This document shows, piece after piece, positions 62,932 through 64,000 of a DNA stretch of 64,000 nucleotides. Source of the DNA: Rozella allomycis CSF55 (lineage: Eukaryota); contig KE560959.1 in the NCBI GenBank assembly GCA_000442015.1, forward strand, positions 62,001 to 126,000, given 5' to 3'. Each line of letters opens with the position of its first letter. The stretch's first letter is position 1. Under the pieces are notes generated by a model. It ran no database searches. It was given only the letters and a program-made list of their open reading frames with translations, and was not told the origin of the DNA. The position numbers and the translations under genes were made by a program.

Positions 62932-64000
62932 TTAATAAATTAATTCTTCAATCTCTGATAATAAATATAATGAACCTGTTATTATTATCATCTCCTCTTT
63001 ATCATTTAAACTTGCAATTGCGTCATTTATAGATTGCGCACTGCTTGCCGAAATACCCGGATACAACTGGAACGAAAGATTTGAAAGTTCATGAACGTCG
63101 GCACACGCAATCCAAGGCATATCAATCACTTTATCAAAAGGGACAAACGTTATTTTATCTTCAACTCTCAAAAACTGACCCAACAATTCCTTGTAATCTT
63201 TGCCCTTTTTAAATCCAACGATCCAATGTATCTTTTTTGAAGTATGTGTATTTCTTATGTAATCACTCAACTCCTTTAAACCATCTCTATTATGGGCTCC
63301 ATCAACAAACACCTCTTTGCCATTCACTTTGGTCGAACAATATCTTCCAAAATGATTCAAACTTAAAACATTCGGTAATTCATTTTCGGGATATAGAATT
63401 TTAAAAGCAGTCAAAGCTGTACTTGCATTCATCAGGCAGATAGGTGAAAGAAAAGTGCATGCAACATTATACTCGGTATTGTTCTCTAGCCTCCAATGTA
63501 ATATATCACTATCACTCTTTACACTTTGACCACCCACACAGCTAATTTCATTAATGGAATACATTTCATTGTTCTCGATTTTATACTTTTCAGCTTCTTC
63601 CTTTAATGTTTTCAATGCATTAGGTTCCTTCTGATATCCAATTAATACTTTTTCAGTGTTCGAAAATATACCAGCCTTTTCACGTGCAATGGATACTATG
63701 GTATTACCGAGAAATTCAACATGGTCAAGTCCTATCGATGTAATTATGGACAAACTCTTTCCTTCCAAAACATTAGTAGCATCCAATCGGCCGCCTATAC
63801 CCACTTCAACAATCGCAACGTCTATTTTCCAGTCTTTGAATACTAAAAATGCAGTTGCAGTCTGGATTTCAAAAAGTGTCGCTCCAAACTGATTTGCATT
63901 TTCAACAATCTTCCTTCTCTCCAGATAAAAATCTAAAGAACAAGAATTATTATTAATTTTAATTGCATCTGATGGATGTTTTACATGTGGTGAATAGAAA
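62932..64000 (-). CDS. Dihydrofolate/folylpolyglutamate synthase (5' end outside window)
   Basis: FYSPHV, TLFEIQT, EVGIGGRLDATN, IGLDH, EKAGI, VDGAHN, TGSLYL. Confidence 0.93.
   Translation of the reverse strand, partial: FYSPHVKHPSDAIKINNNSCSLDFYLERRKIVENANQFGATLFEIQTATAFLVFKDWKIDVAIVEVGIGGRLDATNVLEGKSLSIITSIGLDHVEFLGNTIVSIAREKAGIFSNTEKVLIGYQKEPNALKTLKEEAEKYKIENNEMYSINEISCVGGQSVKSDSDILHWRLENNTEYNVACTFLSPICLMNASTALTAFKILYPENELPNVLSLNHFGRYCSTKVNGKEVFVDGAHNRDGLKELSDYIRNTHTSKKIHWIVGFKKGKDYKELLGQFLRVEDKITFVPFDKVIDMPWIACADVHELSNLSFQLYPGISASSAQSINDAIASLNDKEEMIIITGSLYLLSEIEELIY

Overview
Gene-dense, AT-rich eukaryotic nuclear DNA with about 50 protein genes. Genes are split by very small GT-AG introns (mostly about 24-40 nt) and separated by very short intergenic gaps. 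It encodes respiring-mitochondrion genes (SDH2, COX15, YME1, TOM70, bL33m), a flagellar gene (CFAP96-like), a peroxin and Dicer. This fits an early-diverging flagellated fungus or relative; Rozella-like is my inference. Twelve isolated N characters mark assembly joins, several flanked by near-duplicate sequence. Best leads: (1) a divergent H3/H4 pair with animal-type regulation, namely E2F-like sites plus CCAAT in the promoter and 3' histone-type stem-loops; (2) two GPI-type surface-protein genes sharing the promoter module GTTCAC-N4-GTGAAC-N12-TATAAAAGC; (3) two multi-kb domains with mirror-image G/C skew around an AT-rich core; (4) a structured RNase MRP/P-like RNA candidate directly behind an Rpr2/Rpp21 gene; (5) a 459-bp element with ~105-bp inverted repeats and no target duplication; (6) a tandemly duplicated micro-intron. 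All calls come from motif recognition by eye. Ends of spliced genes are approximate.
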